IMG/VR virus record: IMGVR_UViG_3300031715_000003
Location: 30,225-94,224 of that record
Source: a virus
DNA length: 64,000 nucleotides
Strand: one strand, 5' to 3'
The notes beneath the pieces were generated by a model that saw only the letters and a program-made list of their open reading frames with translations, was not told the DNA's origin and did not search any database. Positions 38,148 through 49,100 of the stretch are shown piece after piece. Each line of letters starts with the position of its first letter. The first letter of the stretch is position 1. A program made the position numbers and the translations under genes.

Positions 38148-38720
38148 ATGGGCGTTGCCATCGTATCTCCATTCCCGCTCGCCCATGCCGATTTTCTGTT
38201 TCGATGGCTGAAGCAGCAACCACAGTGGAATTTTGATGACCATTCGTTTATCCACGCGGAGGAGAACGTTCGTAGTTGCCTTTACAAACGGGTGTCCAAT
38301 GGGGAAATCACATGGGAAGCCACTTCGGACGGCCAACCCGTGGGATTTATAGGGGCGAACGCGATCAATCATCATGTGGCTACACTTAGGGGGATTTGTT
38401 TTGATGAATGCGTCCACGGAACAGGAATTCCCCGTACCGCCATGCTAATGGCCCTAGACGTACTATTTGAGTTCAGTACAATTCATCGCGTGGAGGCCAC
38501 CTACTTCTCCGACAACGCCAGAGTGCGGCGTTTCCTCCGCAAGTTCGGATTCCGCATCGAAGGGACGTTGCGCCAGAGAGCCATCCGTGATGGTCATTCC
38601 CTCGATATGGAGATAGTGGGGCTACTGGCCGATGATTTTCAGAATTGCCGCGAACGACTTCGACAGAGCCTTGGTGAAGCTCATCTTGACGCATCCGAGG
38701 CTGTACCGACATCTGCATGA
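38148..38720 (+). CDS. GNAT acetyltransferase (RimJ/RimL-like)
   Basis: VHGTG...IHRVEA...DN...KFGFRIEG.LR. Confidence 0.8.
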   Translation: MGVAIVSPFPLAHADFLFRWLKQQPQWNFDDHSFIHAEENVRSCLYKRVSNGEITWEATSDGQPVGFIGANAINHHVATLRGICFDECVHGTGIPRTAMLMALDVLFEFSTIHRVEATYFSDNARVRRFLRKFGFRIEGTLRQRAIRDGHSLDMEIVGLLADDFQNCRERLRQSLGEAHLDASEAVPTSA

Positions 38721-39105
38721 CGACGATGCTCCAGACCGCGAAACGTTCTCCCCTCCGCAGGCTCCCGGACTCTTATCCTATGTGCTGGTCATCGATGAAG
38801 GAGAGCCAATAGGTGTGCTGATCGTATCGCATCATAGCCGCTATCTGTGGGAACTCCACATGGCCTTTCTTCCACTCGCATGGGGAGAACGCGCGGAGCG
38901 CGCAGGCCGCGAGTTCATCGAATGGGTCTGGAGCAAGACGAAATGCGTGCGGCTATTCGGCAACATCGTGCGGTCGAATCGGCTTTCGTTGCGGTTCGCG
39001 AAGCAAGCGGGGATGATGGAATTCGCAGTGCAGCCGCGCTGTTTCATGAAGCATGGGAGACTACAGGACATCGTGATGGTCGCGATTCAGCGACCGGGAG
39101 CGTAG
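38632..39105 (+). CDS. GNAT-fold protein (DUF2824-like tail-region acetyltransferase)
   Basis: WELHMAFLPLAWG...NRLSLRFAKQAG. Confidence 0.8.
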   Translation: MIFRIAANDFDRALVKLILTHPRLYRHLHDDDAPDRETFSPPQAPGLLSYVLVIDEGEPIGVLIVSHHSRYLWELHMAFLPLAWGERAERAGREFIEWVWSKTKCVRLFGNIVRSNRLSLRFAKQAGMMEFAVQPRCFMKHGRLQDIVMVAIQRPGA

Positions 39106-39106
39106 A

Positions 39107-40093
39107 GTGCCGTTTGCCGCTATAGCCGGGATCGGTGGGGCCACTAGCCTCCTGGGCGGAATCTTCGGCAGCAAGTCTGCCAAAAACGCCGCCAATGTGC
39201 TGCAGCAAGGCGCGGTTGGTGCCGGCAACCTCGTCACCAACGCGGCCAACACGGTCCAGCAGAACATCGGCGGTAACGTGGTGGCGGGGCAGAATCTGCT
39301 GAGCGGCGCCAACGCGGCGGGCCAGGGGCAGATCGCGCAAGGCGTAGCGGGCGCGCAGCAAACGCTCTCCCCCTATGTCCAGACGGGCAGTACCGTTCTC
39401 CCCACTATTCAGGCGCTGGCCAATCAGGTAGGGACCAATCGATTCAGTTTCGACCCCAACAATCTGGCCAACAACCCCGGCTACCAGTTCACCCTACAGC
39501 AAGGTCAGCAAGCCATCCAGAGGGCGGCTGCGTCCCAGGGGAACCTATTCTCTGGCGGAACACTGAAATCGCTAGCCAACTACACGACGGGCGCGGCCAA
39601 CCAGTTCGAAGGCCAGATGTACAATCAGGCGCTCTCAACGTTCCAGCAAAACCAGCAGAACGCGCTGAACCAGATCTCCACACTTCAGCAATTGGCTAAT
39701 CAGGGGCTGACGGCCAGCGGACAAGCCGCGAACCTTGGGTACCAGGGCGGTCTTGCGGGGGCGAACCTCGGCTATCAGGCTGGATCGGGAGCCGCTAATC
39801 TCGGGATGCAAGGCGCGCTGGCAGGCGGGCAGGTAGGGCTGGAAGGCGCGTCGGCGGCGGCGAATTATCTGACGCAGGCGGCCAACGCTAAGGCGGCGGG
39901 CATCACTGGCCAAACCAATGCATGGCTCCAGGGAGTCCAGGGAATCGGGAATGCGATCGGCGGCGGGCTGTTGGGCGGATACTACGGGAATTCGCTGGGC
40001 AGCATGGCCAACATCAACCCAAACATCGGGACCGGTATTGCCCCCGGCATGGTCTACAACACAACCGGAGGCGTGCAGTACCCGGGGTATTAA
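39107..40093 (+). CDS. DNA ejection protein, P22 gp7-like
   Basis: G/A/Q-rich; PGYQFTLQQGQQAIQRAAASQGNLFSGGTLK. Confidence 0.85.
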   Translation: MPFAAIAGIGGATSLLGGIFGSKSAKNAANVLQQGAVGAGNLVTNAANTVQQNIGGNVVAGQNLLSGANAAGQGQIAQGVAGAQQTLSPYVQTGSTVLPTIQALANQVGTNRFSFDPNNLANNPGYQFTLQQGQQAIQRAAASQGNLFSGGTLKSLANYTTGAANQFEGQMYNQALSTFQQNQQNALNQISTLQQLANQGLTASGQAANLGYQGGLAGANLGYQAGSGAANLGMQGALAGGQVGLEGASAAANYLTQAANAKAAGITGQTNAWLQGVQGIGNAIGGGLLGGYYGNSLGSMANINPNIGTGIAPGMVYNTTGGVQYPGY

Positions 40094-40113
40094 TATAGTA
40101 CGAGGCGTGAAAC

Positions 40114-40950
40114 ATGAGTCGTGATTTTGTTCGTAGGGCAATAGAATATATGTCGGATGAGGAATTGGAGAGGGTTGAGGGCGTTCTCTGCAATCCACTG
40201 CCGCGAGTCCCAAATCCTCCCCCTGCCACGGCGGCAGTGAAACGCATGGCGAGTAAGCTATACAATCCGCTGGAACATAGCGTCGTTCAGGCTTTCCTGA
40301 AGGCCGATGCTTGCAATCGTTTTGAGGTTGAGCGGTGCGGCTTCGTCTGTGCCCTCCTAGAATCTATCGTTAATCGCCTTAAAACCGCTTATTGGAACGT
40401 GAAGCAGGAGAAATTCGAGAATCGTGAGGACCGGCAGTTTTTGGAGATTCCAAGTTTTGAGTATCGCCGCTATTTCTGGGATGAATGTGACTGCGGTGCC
40501 GAGTCCCCGGTCCATGCAAAAGATTGCCGCCAAATCGCAGAGCATTCGGAATGGAACCGCCGACGTTTGGATGCCATCAGCGATCCACAGAAACTTGATG
40601 GGATGTCCGAGGAGGAAGTCAAAAAGTTAAGTTTCTGGGAAATCTTGCAGATGTCCGGCAGGGCCATTCACTTTGAGCGTAGCCCAGCGTGGGAAAAGAA
40701 GAATCCTCGCCCTCCCTGTACTTGCGGAGCCACCAAAGCATGGAAGCCACGCGACGAGCACCTGGAGACCTGCAGTCCAGGACTACCAAATATGCGGTTC
40801 GGCCCAGTCATCATCAATTGGTACAAATACCTCGGGCGCGGAACCTCCACCAACGTAGACTGGGATGAGGCTCAGTGGCGCGAGTGGTTCGATTCCGTCA
40901 TCCGCGCCATAGAAGAATGGGAAAGGCCAGCACTGGAACGCCTGCCCTGA
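40114..40950 (+). CDS. Inserted hypothetical protein (moron)
   Basis: CDCG, CTCG, INWYKYLGRG; interrupts ejection genes. Confidence 0.7.
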   Translation: MSRDFVRRAIEYMSDEELERVEGVLCNPLPRVPNPPPATAAVKRMASKLYNPLEHSVVQAFLKADACNRFEVERCGFVCALLESIVNRLKTAYWNVKQEKFENREDRQFLEIPSFEYRRYFWDECDCGAESPVHAKDCRQIAEHSEWNRRRLDAISDPQKLDGMSEEEVKKLSFWEILQMSGRAIHFERSPAWEKKNPRPPCTCGATKAWKPRDEHLETCSPGLPNMRFGPVIINWYKYLGRGTSTNVDWDEAQWREWFDSVIRAIEEWERPALERLP

Positions 40951-42569
40951 TGCCCATCGACCCCAATCTCGCCTTGATGACGTACAGTCCAGGTACGCAA
41001 GTGCCCTCCCCCTATGCACAGGCCACCCAAGCCCTGAACCTGCAGAGCCTAGCGAATCAACAGGCGATCAACCGGCAGGTCCAACAGGAGAACGCACTAA
41101 AGATTCAGGCGATGCAGCGCCAGCAACAGGACAGCCAAGCACTGGGGAGTGCGCTCCAGAAATACACCACGTTCGATCCCGATGGCAAGCCAAAAGTGGA
41201 CTGGGGCTCAGCCTACAATGAAGCGGTTCCACAGATGTCGCTTCAGGGCGCGCAGGCAGCGCAACAAGAGCATTTGGAGATGCAGCGGTCGGCACTCGCT
41301 ATGGAGCAGACCAAGCGTCAGAGCCTGTTGATGAACAATCAACTAATCGGGCAGGCGCTGTCCGCCGTGATGCAGGCGCCGGACGATCAGAAGGACGATG
41401 TCTACCAGCAGAAGATGACGGCGCTCAAGGGAGCGGGCATCGACACGTCCGGGTTCCCGCAGCAGCGTCCCAATGATGCCCTATTGAACGCGTATGCCGC
41501 GGGCGTCGGGTACACCGGCCAGATTCTTTCGGACGCGGATCGAAAGGCGCTCGAAGCGCAGCGCAAGTCCAAGGCGCAACTTCAGCAGACCCAAGAACAG
41601 AATCAACTGGCGGAAGAAGAAGCGAAACAACGACAGAGGATGAAGGCGGATGCAGCGACAGGCTACTTGGCCGTGGAGGCCGCTCCACCGGAACAACAAC
41701 AGGCCATGCACCAGCAATGGCTGGCGAATCTTCCGGACAAAATTAAGGCGGATTATGCGCCGTTCCAAACGTTCTCCCCGCAGAACGCCCAAGCCATCCA
41801 CAGAATGGCGCTGACGCCCGCGCAACTCATCCAGCAACAGAAGGAAGAGGAGCAGGAGCGCAAGGATCAGGCCAAGGAGAACAAGACACAGACGCCCAGA
41901 ACCGCCGACGAGGCCCTCGCGCTCGCCTCCGCAGCGACTGACCCAGCGGAAGCCGCTAGGCTCAAGGCGCTGGCGAACGATATGGTAGCGGCGCGGATCC
42001 GGGAGACCACCGCGACGCAGGGGGCGATCGAGGATCGTACTAGGATGCGGCAGGAACAAGATGACGCTGGTGCGTTCCGCAACATTCAGAAATCGGAGCA
42101 GCAGCAGTGGGACTTGGCTCAGTCGCTTGGTGACACCACCAAGATCCAGAACGGCGATAAATTCGTGGATCCACGCGATCCTAAAAAGACCCCGCAGGTC
42201 ATGACCGACGGCTTGCGGCAGCAACTTAACTCGGCTGTTGTGGACGCTCAAAACGAAGCCCGCAACCTGATGCACCAGAAGGGGCAGATATTTGATAAGT
42301 GGGGCAGGGTTCCGGGGAGTGTAGCGGGCGTTATGGGTAAACCGCCGACCCCCGCTTCGGGCGCGCCCGCAACAGCGTCTACGCCAGCACCCGCAGGCCC
42401 AAAATTGTCACCAGCACCAGCGTTCTCCCCCAAGTGGAAACAGAGAAACGATGTTCCTTCTGTCTACGCTTCCCAGATTCCGGAAGGGCAGATGGCGTCT
42501 GTTAATACTCCGGCAGGGAGCATCATGCTGGCGAAAAAGAACGGTAAGATGTACGAAGTAACGCAGTGA
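40950..42569 (+). CDS. DNA ejection protein, P22 gp20-like
   Basis: MPIDPNLAL start; Q/A-rich helical; position. Confidence 0.75.
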   Translation: MPIDPNLALMTYSPGTQVPSPYAQATQALNLQSLANQQAINRQVQQENALKIQAMQRQQQDSQALGSALQKYTTFDPDGKPKVDWGSAYNEAVPQMSLQGAQAAQQEHLEMQRSALAMEQTKRQSLLMNNQLIGQALSAVMQAPDDQKDDVYQQKMTALKGAGIDTSGFPQQRPNDALLNAYAAGVGYTGQILSDADRKALEAQRKSKAQLQQTQEQNQLAEEEAKQRQRMKADAATGYLAVEAAPPEQQQAMHQQWLANLPDKIKADYAPFQTFSPQNAQAIHRMALTPAQLIQQQKEEEQERKDQAKENKTQTPRTADEALALASAATDPAEAARLKALANDMVAARIRETTATQGAIEDRTRMRQEQDDAGAFRNIQKSEQQQWDLAQSLGDTTKIQNGDKFVDPRDPKKTPQVMTDGLRQQLNSAVVDAQNEARNLMHQKGQIFDKWGRVPGSVAGVMGKPPTPASGAPATASTPAPAGPKLSPAPAFSPKWKQRNDVPSVYASQIPEGQMASVNTPAGSIMLAKKNGKMYEVTQ

Positions 42570-42578
42570 TAGTAACCG

Positions 42579-42770
42579 ATGAGGAAGCACATGACCACTA
42601 AGATATCTGCTCGGCCTAAACCACACAAGAGCGTTGAGAAGAGCATTAATTTGGCATTCGATATCATCGCCACGATCAGGAAGTCAGGAGCAATGCAGGC
42701 GGTGGCGCTCAGCGCGCTTCGTGCGGCGATAGCGCACATCGAGCAGATTATGGGAGGTGAGCGAGTTTAG
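42579..42770 (+). CDS. Small hypothetical protein
   Basis: GAGGA SD before internal ATG. Confidence 0.5.
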   Translation: MRKHMTTKISARPKPHKSVEKSINLAFDIIATIRKSGAMQAVALSALRAAIAHIEQIMGGERV

Positions 42771-42814
42771 CTGACTTTAGGGTAAACGTAGCGCATCTGA
42801 CAAAATGGCAGAGC

Positions 42815-43126
42815 ATGGAAACCACGTCCGTCAGTTCCAAAAAATTCAGAAAGATCCTGTATGGCCGAGCGCGGTGCGCGCGCGTCGGTATAGAGGTTAA
42901 TTCTGACCATACCCTTAATATCCATACGGTTCTAGCCGACGAACTGGACCTCTGGCGCGGTGGGCTAAGTTTCCATGGATCCAGCTTTTTTCGGCGGAGG
43001 TGCCTCGACGTTGAGTTCGTCGGTGGCATTGAATTCAAGAGAGATTGGTGCCTGATCCTGGAAAACATCAGCGGCCACAATGCCGAGGTCGATTACGACG
43101 TCTACGAAAGAGTAAAGTATACCTAG
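42815..43126 (+). CDS. Hypothetical protein
   Basis: Abuts next gene. Confidence 0.5.
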   Translation: METTSVSSKKFRKILYGRARCARVGIEVNSDHTLNIHTVLADELDLWRGGLSFHGSSFFRRRCLDVEFVGGIEFKRDWCLILENISGHNAEVDYDVYERVKYT

Positions 43127-46100
43127 ATGGCCGACGCCGACACCCAAGGATGGTCGTGGGGGACAGCCGCACCACCACCGCAGGGCTCCCCTACGGAAGG
43201 ATGGTCATGGGGGACCTCGGCTCCTGAGCCGCCGACTCAGCCTCCAGCCACTAGGACAGTAAGACGGTTCGGACAGCCGCCGCAGCAAGTGCCAATTGGG
43301 CAACCAGCACCAGAAGATCAGGCACCCGCCGGTCCACCATTGAAGGCATGGAACTGGGATGTGATTCGGGCCTATCCCACGGTCATCGGCAGCATGGTGA
43401 ACTCTCTGCTGCAGACTCCCGTAATCCCCAAAGTCGCCATCTCGGCACCGACTACCGCTGAAGCCCTACAGGCCGCGTCCCGCGCACCTGGCGCGCCCGC
43501 TATTCTGCAACATCCCATCGTGCAGCGCGGTCTGGACATTGCGGCTGGCGCATCGCGGTGGGCGTTGGAGTTTGGCCGCCAGATGACGGCTCCCGCCAAC
43601 ATCGGGATGATGTTCGGCACCGAAGGCGTGGGACTCCTGCCGGGAGCGCTCTCCAAGATAAGCCAGTACCTGCCGCGCGCCATCTCAGGAGTGTTCAGTT
43701 GGCAGATGCTCAAGGGAGCCTATGATCAGGTCCCAGCGGTCAAGCAAGCGATCGACAAGGGAGATTACGCTGGTGCCGCATCCACCATCACGAGTATCGG
43801 ACTTCAGGGGCTGATGGGGGCGGCCGGTGCGCTCCATTTGGCATTCGATACCACGGGGAGATTCGCGCGATCGCTTGAGGAGCACAATGCCAACGCGGAA
43901 GTTGCGCTGCAAAAGGAAGCTCAGCAGCAAACTCCCGTGGGCCAAGGGGAGGGCACTCCAGTAGAGGGGCTGAACCGCCCAATGTCGGTCCGGACCGCCA
44001 CGCTTGGCCCCGATGGTTCTCCCTCAAGCTACGACGTAATCGATCCCGATACGGGAGAAGTGCTACATGAAGGGGATTACCCATCCGTAGCCAATTTCAT
44101 AAGGCAGTACCAAGCGCAGTCGATAGAAGGCGATATCGATAAGGCGGCAGAGCAAGGCTGGAGCTTTCCAGAAGAGCCGCCATCGTCACCAGAAGCACCC
44201 GCCCCTCCGGGAGAGGAGGTGATCCCTCAGGCACAAGCGGCAGGGGCGGGACCACAACAGGAGGTTCCCAGTGTCAGTGTGGGTGAAGGTCGAGGGGCTG
44301 AACAGCCAGCAACGGTGGGAGGAGGCGAAGCAGGAGTTGAAGGGGGCGCACCTGGAGGTGAACCACCCGTACCTGTACGGGGAGTTCCGCCACAGGGACC
44401 AAGCGGACTTGGCAGTGCTCAGCCTCAATCTGCTGCCGGGGGTACGGGCGAGCGTGCTGGAGCAGTGGCGGGATCTACCGGATCTGCGGAAGATGTAGTG
44501 ACGGGCGAAACCGACCTCCCCCTGGATACTCAAGGGGAACGTGACGCCAAGACCGATGCGAAGAAGGTTGCGGACGTCGACGAGGTCAACACCAGCCCGA
44601 AGCAACGCGGAGAGCAAACTGGTGCAGCGGTAGGGGAAGTCGCTGGTGTCAAACCACAACCTGACGAAGCACTTGCTCCGTGGAATCTGGGGCCAGAGAT
44701 TCAGGGGAGGCCGCAAACAGAGGTCAAGGCCCTGATGGACGACTACATCGTGAAGCGTCCTGATGAGGCCCCTCCTGGAGGGGAATCGTTCAACGATTTC
44801 AGCCAGCGATTCATCGGCGGCATCCAGCAGCAGATGGCGGATTACCAACCCGGACAGAAAATCCTCAACATCACGCACTCGATTGGAATCCACACGGCGC
44901 TGGCATGGAGCGAAAACGGTTCTCCCCAGGATAGATCGATCGACAATCAAGCGATGCTGGACCGGACCCACATGGACCCCGGATCGTTGTGGCGAATGAA
45001 TCCCAAAACGGGGGTCATGACGGAAGCAAAGAACGATGCCAAGCCGGGGATCTACTTTCAGCGGCACGCCGATACTGCATGGGACAATCTGAAGCCGGGG
45101 GAGGCCGTTCCTAACGCGGCAGATGCTGGAGCACCAAATCCAGAAGTAGCGCAGGAACCGCCCGCTACGCTTCCGGGGAAGGAGGAGGTTTCCTCAGTTA
45201 CGGCCCCTGTTCCCTCAGTTACGGCAGCAGTTCTCTCAGTACCTCCCCAAGAGCGTCCTCCCCTGCCCGACAGGATCATGTCAGCAATGCGGGCCCTGGA
45301 GCCGACGCCGGGAGTTCCAGTTTCGATGGAGCGGCTGCGTGCGGCACTCCCCGATGTTGGCAAGCCGGATTTCGATAGCGCGATGCTGCAATTGCGGCAG
45401 AACCAGCAAATCTACCTGCACCCGCATGACAGCCCAATGCGTCTTCCCCCAGAACAGCGCGCAACATTGGTGCCGAGCGCGGGTACGAACCCCAACAACT
45501 TGGATGAGCACTATGTTGCGGCAAGCGAAAGGGGGAGTACGCCAGCGGCAGCGGCGGGAAGAACTTCCATTGGGAGGACGACTCCCGCAAAAGGAACCCC
45601 GGAACGCGAGCAGATCGAATCTGAGTACGACCGTCTGCGGAAGGCCATCGACGAACAAACCCCAATAGTGGAGGGTCTTCAAGCCAAATACGATAAAGCC
45701 GGATACGGGACAAAAACGCGCGAGGCGGCGGGAAGGAAATTGGAGGTCGCCAAGGATAAGCTGGATGGTCTATATGCGGAACTAAATCCGATAACGAAGC
45801 GCTCCTACCGCGCCATGTTGGAGGATGCCGTGGAGTCCGATAACCCAATCCTCCGTCAAGCCGCAGGACTTAAGCTCGACGAGGAACTGGGAAGACGAAC
45901 CGGCGACAGATACAGCACGGTTGAAAAAACGCTAACCACTGAACTGGAGCCAATCGCCAGGGCGGCAGCAGTGAGAGTTGAGGACGGACGCGCCTATCTT
46001 TCTCCGCAACAGGAAGAGCAGGCGATCCGCAATGCTGCGGTATCAACCGCCAGGAATTATCTCAGTTTCCCGCTGACTGCTGAAGAGGACATCCCCAAGA

Positions 46101-49100
46101 GAATGGAGGGCCACGTTAGAGGAGAGCGACTCCAGATATTTCGAAACGAAGCACAGGAAGAGATTTCGGCTATCGACAATTTGATCCGAGAGGAAGGTCT
46201 CCAGCGATCGCGCGTTCCCAACGTGCGGGACATGTACGACTTTGAACAGATCAGCAAGGCCGTGGAGAACGAGCGCAAGGTCCTCGCAGACCGACAGGAA
46301 GAAAAGCGACTCATAGAAGAGCAGGATAAAGCGGCGTCCATCAGTCTCGCCGAGAGGCTGGAGCCGATTGGCGACTTGAAGCCAACCGCCAGAACCAAGG
46401 GGATCTGGAACGGAAATGTCATCCTGGGCAACAGTCCATTCGTCACCGATGGCACCATGATGATGCCGATCAGCGCCGTTCAGGGTCCTAAATCCATGGC
46501 CGGTCTTCCTCGAAAGGCTTCCGCATTGGCTGAAGCGGCTAAGACTCCCAGCGCTACGCCGGAGCAAGCGACGACCATTTGGGAAAGGTCCACCGGCGCA
46601 GATTTAAAGCCAGTTCAATTCCTCGGGGCGGACAGGAGTAACAAGACGGTAGGGAGCAAGATGCCAGCGTTCTTCGTGAATGCTGATGGCAACATTGTCA
46701 CCGTGGATGCCAACAAACTGGCATTTATAAAAAGCGCAATAGGGGCCGATGACATCAAGGCGTCCACGACATCCACGCGCGCGGCATCTCCGCTTGTTCT
46801 CTTCAGGGACGGCAAGCCATCCGCCCTACTAATGCCCTGGAAGAATCCAGCGATCACCCCAGATTTAGCGATCGCCAGAAGCGGACCAGCAGCAGATAAA
46901 ATTCCTGCTGGCTTGACTCCCGAAAAAGCAGGTGAGCGCGGTGCCGTCGCCATCACGCCGCCGAACGTGCGGGCCGCACTACAGACCGCTGGCTCGCCCG
47001 CAGCGCAGATGCAGCAATTCCTGGGAGCTCGCAACAATGCCGCCCGTGCCCTCCTCTCGACATTGAATGCGACCGGCATCGACAGCCGACTGGGGGAGAA
47101 GATCCGGACCTTCACCACGGGAGAACGGGATTACCGCGTAGCCGAAACCAATCAACTGCGAGATGTGCTACGGCAGCAACTCCCCGATCCACTCGACCAG
47201 GAAGCCTTGACGCTGCTGCGCGACTTCAAGAATCGGCCCAATGAACTCGCGGAGTTTCGCAACGGAACGCATCCCGAATTCCAAGCGCTCTCCCCCCAGC
47301 AACAACAAGTAGCGTCCCAAAAGATCATGCAGATGCGACCCGTGATCGACAGGGTGCTAAATCCCTCGCCAGCACTCCTGGCGGCTGACCAGGAACTCAC
47401 CAACTACTTCCGTGCCCATCTGGCGGAAGGGAAACAACTGGGTTTCCTGGACTCGAGCATCCCGGACGAGGAGTACATCACGCACGTGTTTGCGCCAGAT
47501 CAGAGAACGGCAGGATCCTGGATCGGGAGACTTTCGCGCGGGCGCCTCGGACCGCGAAAGTTCCGATACAACCTTCAGCGCTCCTACCCGACCGTTTTGC
47601 ATGCGGTACTCCACGGCGTCGAACCCAAGACGATCAACGCGCTGGACGCGCTGGGCGTCTATGGCGAGAAGTACGCCACCACCGCTGCCTACCACTTCCT
47701 CACGACGCTGCTGCGCAGCACGGCAACCGGAAAGTGGGGGACGCAGCCGATGCAACGCGCCGGCCAGATCCCGGCCGATTGGGTTCCGCTGGCACCCGAT
47801 CAGCCACTGTTCCAGCAAAAGGTGCCGTACCTGGATCAGGCCGGGGAGGCGAGGCTGGCATCGCGCTCCCTATATGTGCCGCCCGATGTGGCCAAGGCGA
47901 TGCACGCCATCACGGACCCCAATTTCATGGAGCGGTATGCGTGGTGGCAAAACGTTCGGCAGGCTCAACAGGTTGTCAAGATCGTTGAGTTGGGATTCTC
48001 TATATTTCACATGAAGGCGCTGGCGTTGAGCGCACAGGCCAATATGGGACCCGGGGCAGCCGCTGCTGCCCTTGTGGCCGATAAGGATAGTCAAGACTTC
48101 TTGGATGCCGAGAAGGCTTGGATGAGATTTGGGTTGACGACTCCCATTACTGGGAAGACGATTGAGATCTACAAGGCGCTACGGCCCACGTCTCTTCCGA
48201 CCGTCGGGGAAAAGATTCGGAACCTTCCCGGCATTAAGCAGGCAGACAAAGCCGCTGCGGCAATCTCCCACTTCACCTTTGGTGTCATGCAGCGCAAACT
48301 AAAGGTGATCGACGCCTCACTCAAATTCGCAGCCTGGTCCGATTCGCATCCCAACGCAACGGATAAAGAGACCGCAGAAGCGATGCGCCTGATCGCGAAG
48401 GAAATCAATGCCGTGTATGGCGGCCTCCATTGGGAGAACATGGGCGTGGGGAGAACGATAGTGGAGCTGTCGCGAGCGATATTTCTGGCCCCAGACTGGT
48501 TCTACTCCGACCTGGCGACGTGGAAATACGCTCTCCAGAAGGGTTTAACCGGCGATGCCGCGCGAGTCTACATGCTGTGGGGTGCCGTTTCGGCGCTGTT
48601 AGGAACAGCGGCTCTGAGTTGGCTCTGGTCCAGGAAGCTTTCGAAAGACCCCACGCGCGTTATTCTCGGGAAGGACCGCGAGGGCCACGACGTGGATGAC
48701 AATCTGTTCTTCGTGGGTGCCATTGGAGACTTATCAACGCTGATTCACAACGTCGCTAGGTATGGGGCGCTTGTGGGGACAGCCCGCACGTTCGCATCCA
48801 AGTTTGGGCCCGTCACCAAAACCGCCGTGGCGCTCTCCAGCAATAAAAGCGCGCGTGGTGGCAGCGACATCATCCCCAGAACCATCAGCAAGAGCGTCTA
48901 TACCGGCCAGCCGTTGCCGAGAACTGGTCCGCGCGGTGGCCGGTCGCGTCCTCCCACATGGGGCGAGAAGAACGTGCTCGGGGCAGAGGAAGCGGCCGGC
49001 AACACTCTCCCTGTACCATTTACCGTGACGACGATTGCGAAGATGCTGGCCAATCCCAAGGAGCACTACCGACTGAGCCAGTACTTCGAAGCGCTCATCA

